DNA of 53,314 nucleotides from Eledone cirrhosa (Eukaryota): NCBI GenBank assembly GCA_964016885.1, contig CAXHJY010001398.1, forward strand, positions 1-53,314, read 5' to 3'. The notes beneath the pieces were generated by a model that was not told the DNA's origin, did not search any database, and was given only the letters and a program-made list of their open reading frames with translations. Each line of letters opens with the position of its first letter. Position 1 is the stretch's first letter. The position numbers and the translations under genes are program-made. Below are positions 29,423-44,983 of the stretch, in pieces.

Positions 29423-29849
29423 TTAATTGCCTTGTATGGCTTTATTACTTTACTACTATATATACGTTTATGTAAGGTTCATTTGTCTTATCTAATACTG
29501 AGCTTTACACATACACACATGTATATGTGTGTGTGTATGTGTATGCATGTGTGTATGTGTACGTGTATGTGTGTATATATGTATATTTTTATATATATAT
29601 ATGTGTATATATATATATATGTATATGTATATATGTATATATGTATATGTATGTGTATGTATGTATATGTGTGCGTGTGTATTTATTTATATTTATGTAT
29701 GTGTGGGTTAGTGTGTGGGTGTGTGTGTGTGTATATATATGTGTGTGTGTTTGTATTTGGTTGTGCGTTCTTTTGATATATACGTATTTGCATGTGTATA
29801 AAATGCATGTGCGTTTATATTTTTATATTTTTGTATGTATATATATATA

Positions 29850-29908
<59 letters not shown>

Positions 29909-30284
29909 ATATAATTACATATACATGTGTGTGTTTATATTGTATACGTGTACGTGTTTGTGTATGTATGTGTATGTACGTGTTTATGTATTTGTATATG
30001 TATATTTATGTGTGAGAGTGTGTGTATGTGTTTACTATTTCGAACGTATGTATATGTGCTTATGTGTGTATTACTTACCACGCGTGTCTGTCCTGTTAGC
30101 TGGGGCATGTATCGCTGTCATAAATTTGTTAATATATATTTATATATTTTTTTCTTATATTTATTTGCGTGTGTTAATATGTAGTGGAGTACATTTATGT
30201 ATGTGTATGTATGTACGTTGTATGTTTGTGTGAATGTATGTATGTGTGTGTATATATATGTGTGTGTGTATGTGTGTGTGTGTA

Positions 30285-30317
<33 letters not shown>

Positions 30318-30396
30318 GTGTTTGTGTGTGTGTATGTATGAATATATGTATGTGTATATGTGTGTATATATGTGTATGTGTGTGTAGGTGTACGCT

Positions 30397-30434
<38 letters not shown>

Positions 30435-30645
30435 ATATGTATATGTGTATGCGTGCATTTATATATATGTGTATATATGTATGTGTGTGTAAGTATGCTT
30501 TTTGGTTTTTTTTGTTTTTTTTTTGTGTGTGTTTGCATGTGTAGTTTTATTTTATTTTTCCTTTCCTTCTCCCTTTTCCAGCCTCACTTTCATATAGATT
30601 GCATTTTTGTTTTTAGAATCCATATTCAATAAACAAACCAGGATT

Positions 30646-30705
30646 TTTCATTCTGAGGATTGAAAGCAAAACCTTTTGCTTTTAAGAAACCACTGGTAAA
30701 TGGAA
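30646..30705 (+). ncRNA. Type I hammerhead ribozyme (PLE-4 distal copy)
   Basis: tttcatt CTGAGGA ttgaaagcaaa acct tttgcttttaa GAA ACCACTGGT A aatggaa; GUA. Confidence 0.82.
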
Positions 30706-30807
30706 TAATTGCCTTATGTTGTTTATTACATAATAATAATAATTAAGCTCTGTTGCATACATAGAGCACTCTTTTTTCCTGGACTTTTCCGATGGAATTA
30801 CTTCATT

Positions 30808-30856
<49 letters not shown>

Positions 30857-30885
30857 TAATATATATATGTATATATATATATAAT

Positions 30886-30955
<70 letters not shown>

Positions 30956-31055
30956 AAATTGAGGTTGGTAATGGCACATGGAATATATAAGAGACAGAAT
31001 ACTTTTTTGTGAAAAAACATAATTTTATAAGGTAAGGAAATAATAAAGGGTATAA

Positions 31056-31103
31056 AAAATGACCGGTTTCGATGGGTCTGCAAAAGCCATCTTTTCAAAT
31101 GTT
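31056..31103 (-). ncRNA. U3-A8 variant hammerhead ribozyme (PLE-5 inverted arm)
   Basis: aacat TTGAAAA gatgg..ccatc GAA ACCGGT C atttt. Confidence 0.7.
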
Positions 31104-31448
31104 GATTAATATTAAGAAAAATTAATAATACGAAGAGTTAAAATTTGAGACTTGAAAATTCAAGTATAAAATTCATTGTGGGATTTCATAGCAGTTTTCA
31201 TCTTGGTAGCAACAACAGGTTGACTGCTGTGTCCCTTTCTGGTAGTGAATGAGAAGTTATTTGGGGTGTGGTTATTTTATAAAGGTCAGATTTAGCAATC
31301 GCCAGCTGCTGGTCAGTGAGGGGGTGGAAGCAATATACATACACATATCTTCCTGTGATGGGTAGGAGAGTGGAGCGTGATAGAAAGGGATTTAGTGCAC
31401 TTACACCTATATATACACACATACCTTCATCCACACATACATACATAA

Positions 31449-31485
<37 letters not shown>

Positions 31486-31556
31486 CACACATACATACAC
31501 ACACACATACATATACATACACACATACACACACACACATATATATATATACACAT

Positions 31557-31587
<31 letters not shown>

Positions 31588-31640
31588 CACACACACACAT
31601 ATATATATACATACACATACATCCAGATACACACATACAT

Positions 31641-31671
<31 letters not shown>

Positions 31672-31673
31672 CA

Positions 31674-31725
<52 letters not shown>

Positions 31726-32460
31726 CCCCACACATACATACACACACACACATATATATATATATACATACACACATACAAACATACACACACACATATA
31801 TATACACACACATACACACACATATATATACACACACAACACACACACACGCATATATATATATATATATACACATACGCATACATCCAGATACCCACAT
31901 ACATACACACACACGCACACACAATACATACATCCATATGCACACACATACACACACACACACATATACACATACATACACCCACACACAGAGAAATGGC
32001 CTTCAAAATATATATATATATATATATACATACAGACACATATATTTTTTCCATAATATAAGAAGTTGGGGCAGTGAAATTAAAATACAAAGTCATTCTG
32101 ATCACATTGAGTTCTTCATGTAGATTGGGCCCCGCAACCGACAGTGGTGAATTCTGTGTGCGCATATATATATAGATATATGTGTGTGCACGTGCAGGGT
32201 TTAACATGGATGTGTTGGTCACACAAAGGCATGGTCTGTCAATGAATAAACCTGATTCTACAGAATTGGTCTCTGGTCTTTAATAGTAGTGATTCCGTGC
32301 GTATGTGTGTTTATATTTTATGACAATTCTATTGGGGGTGATAACCCGTTTAGTTTTGGTTTAAATTTGTTAAGGAATAGATTTTCTTTGTTTATTCTTT
32401 GTTGCTGTGTGAACGAATCTGAGCACTTGTAGAAGGGGAAGATTTTAAAGTTGGGTAGTA

Positions 32461-34066
32461 AGCCACTTCAAATGCAATACAAGCTCTTTTTACGGGTTAC
32501 CGAAACTTCACAAATGTAAACCCATAAACGATGCATGTGACACCTCAACCAACAATTACATGAACTAACACCACCAGAAGACCTAAAACTCAGGCCAATT
32601 ATAGCAGGCCATACATGTGAAACCACAGACTTAGCAACTTTCTGGACATCCTACTGAAACCTTTCTACAACATATACAGAGCTACATACGAGATGACCTT
32701 GACATGCTGAAACACCTCCCTAAAACAGTAAGTGCAAATACAATTCTTGTCTCCTTTGACGTAATAAACCTCTACACAAACATACCTCACAACTATGAAT
32801 AACAGCAGTCCAATACTGGCTTAACACACACCCATCAGAAATACCGACACGCATCAACACAGATTTTATCACTGACGGACTCCGCTTTATCCTACAAAAT
32901 AACTACTTCACATTCAATGGTTCAACATACAGACAAGTATCAGGTACGGCAATGGGCACGAAAGTAGCACCCACATATGCCAACCTAGTCATGGGATTCC
33001 ATGAACAACAAATATACAGTCAGTCCCTTCTCTTATTTGGAGACTCTTTCCACACACACCTCAAAGCCAATTGGAAAAGATATCTAGACGACTGCTTTAT
33101 CCTATGGCAAGAAGACATGAACTCACTTACTACGTTTAAAAACATGATAAACAACATAGATAATAACATACAATTCACAATGGAATCCAATCCTAAGGAA
33201 TTAGCCTTCTTGGATATTCTCATCTCTGTAATAGACGGGAAATTAGATACAGATATATTCTATAAACCCACAGATTCCAAGCAATACCTCTTTTTCACAT
33301 CAAGTCACCCAAAACATACAAAACTTAACATTCCTTACAATTTGGCCAAACGTATATGTACCATAGTATCAGATCCACCTAAACGGGAGCAAAGACTAAA
33401 GGAACTAAAAGACACCCTTATCTTAAGAGCCTTTCCACTTGAAATAATCAACAATGGAATAGACAGGGCAAAACACCTAAATCCCCATCAACTTAAACAA
33501 TCCAAAACAGAAAACCACACTCAACACCCTGCCATATGTATCCACTTTCAACCCAGAAATACCGAAATGTTTGATCACCTACACAAAAACCTCCCCATCC
33601 TACTTAAAGATGTAAAAATGAAGTCTATTCTTGAAACACACAAGATCCTTAAAAGTAAAAGACAACCCAAATCACTTAAACGCATTCTCACTGGACCAAA
33701 TATACCCAAACCAATCCTCAACCCTACAGTTACCAAATGTGGTAGAACAAACTGTGGAACGTGCCTTCGGAGAACTTGATTTACGCAATAACTTGCGGTG
33801 GGTGCCAACACAACTACATAGGACAGACGGGCACCTCATTACGCAAAAGAATGACCATCCACCGCCAACAAATCCGGGACGCTAACACAAGAAAAATCCC
33901 CTTGAGCAGCCATATTGCGAACTGCGCAGGAATGACACTACCCAACTTTAAAATCTTCCCCTTCTACAAGTGCTCAGATTCGTTCACACAGCAACAAAGA
34001 ATAAACAAAGAAAATCTATTCCTTAACAAATTTAAACCAAAACTAAACGGGTTATCACCCCAATAG
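32461..34066 (+). pseudogene. PLE-5 RT + GIY-YIG endonuclease with several frameshifts and a stop
   Basis: FYGLPKLHK, SFDVINLYTNIP, GTAMGTKVAPTYANL, RYLDD, FLDI, YKPTD, KCGRTNCGTC, NLIYAITCGGC..YIGQT..LRKRMTIH..H. Confidence 0.9.
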
Positions 34067-34538
34067 AATTGTCATAAAATATAAACACACATACGCACGG
34101 AATCACTACTATTAAAGACCAGAGACCAATTCTGTAGAATCAGGTTTATTCATTGACAGACCATGCCTTTGTGTGACCAACACATCCATGTTAAACCCTG
34201 CACGTGCACACACATATATCTATATATATATGCGCACACAGAATTCACCACTGTCGGTTGCGGGGCCCAATCTACATGAAGAACTCAATGTGATCAGAAT
34301 GACTTGTATTTTAATTTCACTGCCCCAACTTCTTATATTATGGAAAAAATATATGTGTCTGTATGTATATATATATATATATATTTGAAGGCCATTTCTC
34401 TGTGTGTGGGTGTATGTATGTGTATATGTGTGTGTGTGTGTATGTGTGTGCATGTGGATGTATGTATTGTGTGTGCGTGTGTGTGTATGTATGTGGGTAT
34501 CTGGATGTATGCGTATGTGTATATATATATATATATGC

Positions 34539-34573
<35 letters not shown>

Positions 34574-34664
34574 TGTGTGTATGTGTGTGTATATATGTGT
34601 GTGTGTATGTTTGTATGTGTGTATGTATATATATATGTGTGTGTGTGTGTATGTATGTGTGGGG

Positions 34665-34716
<52 letters not shown>

Positions 34717-34787
34717 ATATATATATATGTGTGTGTGTGTGTGTATGTATGTGTGTATCTGGATGTATGTGTATGTATATATATATA

Positions 34788-34836
<49 letters not shown>

Positions 34837-34907
34837 ATGTGTATATATATATATGTGTGTGTGTGTATGTGTGTATGTATATGTATGTGTGTGTGTATGT
34901 ATGTGTG

Positions 34908-34944
<37 letters not shown>

Positions 34945-35292
34945 GTATATGTATGTATGTGTGGATGAAGGTATGTGTGTATATATAGGTGTAAGTGCAC
35001 TAAATCCCTTTCTATCACGCTCCACTCTCCTACCCATCACAGGAAGATATGTGTATGTATATTGCTTCCACCCCCTCACTGACCAGCAGCTGGCGATTGC
35101 TAAATCTGACCTTTATAAAATAACCCACACCCCAAATAACTTCTCATTCACTACCAGAAAGGGACACGGCAGTCAACCTGTTGTTGCTACCAAGATGAAA
35201 ACTGCTATGAAATCCCACAATGAATTTTATACTTGAATTTTCAAGTCTCAAATTTTAACTCTTCGTATTATTAATTTTTCTTAATATTAATC

Positions 35293-35339
35293 AACATTTG
35301 AAAAGATGCTTTTGCAGACCCATCGAAACCGGTCATTTT
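35293..35339 (+). ncRNA. U3-A8 variant hammerhead ribozyme (PLE-5 3' end)
   Basis: aacat TTGAAAA gatg..catc GAA ACCGGT C atttt; palindromic stem III; GUC; stem I has one mismatch. Confidence 0.7.
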
Positions 35340-35475
35340 TTATACCCTTTATTATTTCCTTACCTTATAAAATTATGTTTTTTCACAAAAAAGTATTCTG
35401 TCTCTTATATATTCCATGTGCCATTACCAACCTCAATTTTCTCTATAACCTTCGCTTTGTGTAGAAAATTACACT

Positions 35476-36701
<1,226 letters not shown>

Positions 36702-36709
<8 letters not shown>

Positions 36710-37372
36710 TATGTATGTATGTGTGTATGTATGTGTGTGTACATGAATATATTTTTTTATATATGTGTGTTTTTATGTGTGTATATGTGTTTGTGTGTGT
36801 GTTTATGGTTGCGCGTATTTGTGTGAGTGAGTATGTGTTTTTTTGTTTTTTTGTGAATGTGTCTGTTGATTTTTGGCATATAGTTGATTAGTTTAAGAGA
36901 AGTTCGAAGATAATAGTAAGATATGCACTCAGTATTTTGAATCTGTCTGCAGAATTCTCTAGACCTTTGTCACTTAGTAGAACCTTAATGATTTAGCTTT
37001 TAAAGAATCTCCCTTTTCTTTAATTCTATCGACCATGTCTGACACCCCACTGATTTTATAGACATCTGTTAGCTTAAGAGAAACTTAATGACAAGGAATG
37101 GTATGCCATCCGGAACCTGTTTATAGAATTCTGTCTGCCCTTGTTACTCTCAAAACATAAATAAATAAAAATAAACTATAGCTTTGTAGAATTAGCTTTT
37201 AATGAATTCCCTTTTCTATCAACCAATGACCTGCACCCATCCCACTCCCCACCCTCTCCTACCACTTGTAGAGACCTATAAATACCATATTTATTTTTTG
37301 ATACCCAGATTCCTGATGATTTCTAATGAATGAAACAGTTCTAGTCCTGTAGAATCTCATCTATATTAAAAC
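36702..37372 (+). mobile_element. PLE-type 3' UTR/pLTR fragment, family 6, copy A (no ORF)
   Basis: Near-identical to 43750-44427; TG-rich start, HHR near the end, terminates in TA. Confidence 0.75.
37307..37357 (+). ncRNA. Type I hammerhead ribozyme (family 6, copy A)
   Basis: agattc CTGATGA tttc taat gaat GAA ACAG ttctagtc CTGT A gaatct; GUA; tataaata ~30 nt upstream. Confidence 0.82.
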
Positions 37373-37682
37373 TATATATATATTATATATATATATATAT
37401 AGGCTTGGCACTTGTTGGTATAAGACGTGAATTGTCGTCTCTCCGGATTTGAAATTTTAATATTTTAAATCGACAGTAATCGGATTTATGTATGGTTTTA
37501 ATTCTTCAGAGGACAAGGAAAACATACAAAAAAGATAAGTTTTTGTGCTTTGACGCAATTATTTTGAAGTATATTTTACATATATTACCGTTTTGAACAT
37601 GTTTATTTTCACTGTATGATTCCTTCATAGGAGACAACACACACACGTGCTTTCTATTTTTGTTTGTCTACCATACAGAGCA

Positions 37683-37760
37683 TTTTGGTTTAACTTAAGC
37701 AGATCTTGTATTAATTTTGATTTTGGTTTAACTTAAGCAGATCTTGTATTAATTTTGATT
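37683..37760. repeat. Tandem duplication of a ~38-bp unit
   Basis: ttttggtttaacttaagcagatcttgtattaattttga x2. Confidence 0.9.
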
Positions 37761-38375
37761 TTTCTGAGTAACATAATTTAATTTGATATGATCTTGTTTG
37801 ATTTGGTATAATCTTATCTGTATTTGACCCAATTCGTTGTTTCTTGTATGATATGCTGATATTACAATAACTTCGTATATTTGTAAACAAACATTTACAT
37901 CCACCTTATATATACAACTTACATCGTGTTTCTATATCTCTATGTTTCCGGTTTCTTCCATTCATTAATTTAAATTTAAAAATTTATTTTATATTTATGA
38001 ACTGCTGTTGCTCACGCTGTCTCTATCTCTCTCTTTCCTTCCTCTCTCTCTCTCTCTCACTCTCTCCCACCCTCTCTCTCTCTCTCCCTCTCTCTCTCTC
38101 TCGATCAACGAGCTCTCTTTCTCCCTCTCTCTAGATCAACGAGCTCTCTCTCTCTCTCTCTATCTATCTCCTCTCTCTCCCTCTGACCTCCCCCCCACTC
38201 TTCCCGCTATCTCTCTCGCTCCCCTCTTCTGTCTCCCCCTTTTCTTTTCTTTTCTTCTGTTTCTCTTTCTTTTTCTCTCGCTGGAGTTATATCTCTATCT
38301 CCCTCCCTCACTCTGTCCCTCTCTAACCTCTACCCTACACTTCCCACTGTCTCTCTTTCTCCCCTCCACAGCGAA

Positions 38376-39330
38376 ATGGACTGCATGCAGGAAAAATGTG
38401 AAATCAGGAGTCAGCGAAACTGGTCGAAGATGGAACTAGCGGTTTTGATCAAGGGGTGGACTATGGCTGATGGGTCTCCACCAAGCAAAAAGATGGCGGA
38501 GAACCTGAAGAGCCATGGGTTTCTGAGGACCCTGGTACAGATAGAGAGAAAGAGAAAAGAAATTGAGAAGGCGTATGTCCTCATAGCGCCTCATATGGCG
38601 ATGCTAAGCCGTGTCCTCAGGGAGGAGAAAACCGAAGGGAGGGATGAGGAGAGGGAGAGGGAGAGGGAAGAGGAGGGGGGAAAGAGAAAAAGAAAAGGAG
38701 GAGTGCACAAGCACGGACCTGAAAGAAAATGATATACCCTCCGCTACAGGCAGGGAGGGCAGGCCGGGCAACCAACAAGCTAAGGGCAAAGGTGAAAAGC
38801 GAAATCACCTTCCGAAGGAGAACCAAGCGCAGAGGGACCAGTGGACAACTGTTCAAAGAAAGAACAGAAAGCACCGAGACACTGGGAGCAAAAAACCCCA
38901 AGTAATGTGCAAGTTTTTCAAGAACGGGACATGCTGGCATGGAGAGACAGGGATGGGATGCAGATTCGCCCACCCTAGGTCTCAAACGAACTATGCCCAT
39001 CATACTCGCGCAACATGCCCCAGCCTAAGCCGAAATAAGCCGCTCCAGAAGTATGCTGATGTCGCGCGTGCTGCACCAACAAGGAGAAGGCACGCACATG
39101 CCGACGAGATACAGATGGCAGCAGCAGATCAGAAAATTTTTTTAGTGATGGCAGAGAAGATTGTGGGACAGCTGACCTGGCTGCATCGTCTCCAGAGCCA
39201 GGGTCATCCACACCAGCACTCGAGACCACCGCAGTTAAGGGACCCAGAGTGGCCGCCGCTGACACCAGACCAGGTGTCATACCGACAGCCATTACTGGCA
39301 CCCCAAAAGTCACACCAGTGCTGCTGCTGA
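38376..39330 (+). pseudogene. LINE ORF1, frameshifted in a GA-rich tract; putative Myb/SANT-like N-terminus and CCCH zinc finger
   Basis: RNWSKMELAVLIKGW..KMAENLKSHGFLRTLVQIERKRKEI; CKFFKNGTCWHGETGMGCRFAHP; sits directly upstream of and overlaps ORF2. Confidence 0.65.
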
Positions 39331-42238
39331 ATGTCAGGGGCCTGGTGAAACTCAGCAACATGAGTAAAATTTCCTACCTGGGAGACTTAGCCATAAGCAA
39401 TCAAGCACTATGCATGGCACTATCCGAAACGCACCTGACAAGCAGTATCGAAATATACTGTATTTCGTTCGGACAGGAAGGAGAGAACTCATGGTGGGGT
39501 TGCTCTGTATATCCGTGAAGATGTCACACCAATTGTACTGTTGACATATTCAAACTCAGTCTGTGACACACTGATAATACATATGAAGCAACTACAGACG
39601 GTAATATGTGTCACATATCGGCCGCCCGATGCCCCCAGTCATGAGGGTAAATTTGAGGATAGCCTAAGTAGGATAGAAGAGGTCCTTGACAAACTGGACC
39701 AGGGTCTCAACATCCTACTGCTGGGAGACTTCAACCTACCAAAGGTCAAATGGCCTGAGGGCCACCTCCTCCCTGGAATGACGTCAATAGAACAGAGACA
39801 GACGGAATCCCTGCTGGCCCTCACACACAGGCTGTTCATGGAGCAAGCAATACTCCTCTCAACAAGAGGCGAAAATGTCCTGGACCTCTGTTTTACAAAC
39901 AACGAAGTGCTCATCCACAATGTAAAGGTGACACCAACAATTCTCTCGGATCATAACTTATGATATGTGGTCCAAGAGAACCAACAGAGACAAAACCACC
40001 AAGAAGCTCCGGGACGCTATCCAACCTTAACTTCTACAAGGCTAACTGTAAAAAGATTAAGAGTGAAATCCGGAAGCAAACATGGAGTGAAAACACTGCC
40101 ACACAAGACACTAACACACAATTTCAACACTTCATGGCAAAAAGTGTGTCCCGGAGAAAGAGGCAAATAGACACAAAAATGTTATTCCCAGAGATAGGAA
40201 AATCCTTATGAGACGTAGAACTAAACTCTCAAACCAGTTGAATAGTCAACAAAACAAAAACAAGAAGGAATCCCATTTGAAACGTGCACTACTTGACACC
40301 GAGATTGCACTCAAACTTTCACATGAGAATGAGAGGGCAAGGAAAGAGAACAGGGCCATAGAAAACATTAAAACAAACCCTAAGGCCTTCTTTAAATTTG
40401 CAAAAGAAACTGCCTCAGTACACTGCAAGATTGGACCACTCTTCCACACGGACGGTTCATTAACCGAAAATCCCCAAGAGATATGTGAAATACTGAACGA
40501 ACAGTACAAAAGTGTCTTCACATGTCCACTGAGGCACATGCAAATAACGAAGCCAGAGGAGTTCTTTGATGCCACAACACTACATCAAGAAATGGCAACC
40601 ATCAACCACATAGACATAACGGAGGAGGATGTAGTGTACGCCATTGATGAAATTAGAACAGACTCGGCTGCTGGACCTGATGGATTCCCAGCAGTTCTCC
40701 TAAAAATATGTAAGCGGGCCTTAGCAACTCCACTGAAGATGCACTTCAGAAGCTCCTTGGCTAGCGGTGTACTACCCAGGGAGCTGAAAGAAGGCACAAT
40801 ATGCCCTATCCATAAAGGAGGTAGTAGAGCGGAGGCCAAGAACTATAGGCCAGTCTCCCTGACGTCGCATATCAGTAAGGTCATGGAGCGAGTCATCAGA
40901 AAGAAACTAATCACTTTCCTCGAAGAAAATGACCGCCTGACTAGCACGCAACATGGCTTCCGCCCAGGAAGAAGCTGCCTTACACAGCTGCTACATCACT
41001 ACGACTGGGTACTGAGACAACTACTAGACAGCTCACATGTGGACGTGATATATCTTGACTTTGCGAAGGCCTTTGACAAGGTCGACCACGGAATGATATG
41101 TCACAAACTACACGGACTCGGCATAACTGGAAAAGTAGGTGAGTGGCTGCATGGCTTCCTAAGGGACAGAAGCCAGGCAGTCGCAGCAAATGGGGCCCTC
41201 TCGAGGGAAACACCGATAACAAGTGGGGTGCCTCAGGGGACAGTCCTGGGACCACTACTGTTTTTGGTGGCTCTCTCGGACATGCCCTCTGTGGTGCATG
41301 CAACAACATCCCTCACTAGCTATGCTGATGACACTAAGGTAGCACAGGCAATCAAAAACCCGGCTGACGCTGCCCTCTTACAGCAGGATCTGGATGCCAT
41401 ATACAGATGGGCGGAAGAAAACAACATGCAGTTTAATGCTGGCAAATTCCAAGCCCTACAATACAAACCTGCAAACACAAACACAAATATAGCGGAACAC
41501 AGCTACACAGGACCAGGAGGGACCGATATCCCCGTGTCAAAATCGATACGAGACCTGGGCATAGACATGAGCGATGATGCATCTTTTTCTTCACACATCA
41601 TGAAGGTGGCGACAGCATGTAGACGATTCGCTGGCTGGATCTTGAGGACTTTCCTTACAAGAGATCGAGACACCATGTTGACACTGTGGAGGACTTTTGT
41701 CCTAAGCCGCCTGGACTACTGCTCCCAGCTGTGGTAACCCCATAGTGTCAAACTAACCACGGAGCTTGAGGCAATCCAGCGAAGCTACACCAAGAGGATT
41801 GCCAAGATGAGGGAGACAAGCTACTGGGAGAGGCTAAAGGAACTGAACCTCTACTCCTTGGAGCGAAGACGGGAGAGATACGCAGTGATCTACATGTGGA
41901 AAATCCTGGAGGGACTAGCACCAAACTTTGGCATTGAGAGCTGGACCAACCGTCGAACAGGACGTCACTGTGTGGTGCCAAAGGTCCCGTCTTCCACATC
42001 TAGAATAAGGAGCAGGTATTGCAATAGCCTGGGATTGAAGGGCCCTCAACTCTTCAACAGGCTGCCGAGGCATCTGCGAGACTTGCATGACGTGGAGGTG
42101 GATGTCTTTAAGAAACATCTCGACACCTTATTATCCAGGATCCCGGATGAGACCACAGCAAGACACGAGAGAAACCTAAGGGCAGCAGCAACAAACTCCC
42201 TCCTACACCAGTGGCCAACCTATACAGGCTGGAGATAA
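39310..42238 (+). pseudogene. LINE ORF2: APE endonuclease + reverse transcriptase, with frameshifts and an in-frame stop at 41735-41737
   Basis: LNVRGL, SETHL, YRPP, GDFN, LDL, SDHNL; GPDG, NYRPVSLTS, QHGFR, DFAKAFDKV, GVPQGTVLGPLLF, YADD; SYWERLKELNLYSLERRR. Confidence 0.92.
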
Positions 42239-42311
42239 AATGTGTAGCAACAAGGGCGGTGCCCCAGCATGGCCTCAGCCGGATGGCTGAAACAGGTAAA
42301 AGAGTAAAAGA

Positions 42312-43067
<756 letters not shown>

Positions 43068-43383
43068 TCTATCTATCTAATCTATCTAAGGCGGGTAAAA
43101 TTCCCGAGATCCATGGACGAGTTCTCTCCAGCGGTCTCTGTCCCTCATTATCGCTGCCATATCCTGCATCTCTAACAGACCAGTGTCTGTCCTTAGGGCA
43201 TCAACATATGTTAACCTTGGTCTTCCTCTTCTAGTGTGTCCATGTAGGGGCTCCCAAAGGAGCACTGAGTGCAATGTCAACTCTGGATGTCGGTGAGCAT
43301 GTCCAGCCAACCTCAGTCTCCTCTGTGTCACTTTTGAGCTGACTTTTGGGATGCTCCCATACAGCTCTGAGTTTTTCATCCTC
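43068..43383 (-). mobile_element. RTE-like LINE 3' fragment with (TAGA)n-like tail directly after the stop codon
   Basis: [41 protein letters not shown]..; same family as 149-310. Confidence 0.85.
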
Positions 43384-43556
43384 AGTCTATACTGTCCTGG
43401 GTATGACATTAAACTACATCCAGTGGCAAGGCTCCAGTTCGGGAGTTCAGGAGATGTGGGGAATGTGGAGTTACCCCTTAGTTGTCATGACTCCCAGGTC
43501 TGCCCTGGCCCGGGGTGGTAGTACCTGTTAGGGCTCCATTTATGGGTTAAATAACT
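43384..43556 (+). repeat. Fragment of an unrelated interspersed (SINE-like) repeat between the two RTE arms
   Basis: Non-coding and not RTE-like; gtcctgggtatgacattaaac..ggggaatgtggagttacccct..ctcccaggtc resembles an abundant octopus repeat from memory only. Confidence 0.45.
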
Positions 43557-43604
43557 ACCTTATTCGAGTGGCGCCGGTAAGGTATTGTCAGCCATTGAAA
43601 AGAA

Positions 43605-43680
43605 ATATGAGACTTGGACACTGACCAAGAGACTCACTCAGATGGTGGATGGGTGCTACACGAGAATGCTGAGGATGGCA

Positions 43681-43683
<3 letters not shown>
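43605..43683 (+). mobile_element. Inverted upstream piece of the same RTE-like ORF
   Basis: [25 protein letters not shown], the segment that precedes N.ELYG in RTE proteins; ends in TA. Confidence 0.75.
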
Positions 43684-44877
<1,194 letters not shown>

Positions 44878-44945
44878 AAAAAGAGATGAAATCGAAAATG
44901 CAACTGAAGTCTTATTTTTTAAAAAATATATATATTTATTTGGTT

Positions 44946-44983
44946 CCTTTACCGGTTTCGCAGTTCTTCTGCTTTTCAAAAGG
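44946..44983 (-). ncRNA. U3-A8 variant minimal hammerhead ribozyme (PLE-7)
   Basis: cctt TTGAAAA gcag aagaa ctgc GAA ACCGGT A aagg; GUA. Confidence 0.8.

Larger units (their letters stand above)
24484..30812 (+). mobile_element. PLE-4: 5'-truncated Hydra-type PLE (~27084-30812) preceded by a 2.6-kb inverted duplicate of its 3' half (24484-27066)
   Basis: 24484-27066 is the reverse complement of ~28117-30741; ORF closely similar to PLE-1; (TG)/(TA)-rich 3' UTR with two HHR motifs. Confidence 0.93.

Noticed and set aside
37500-37515. Minus-strand CTGAAGA
   Set aside because: No downstream stem II-GAAA-stem III found
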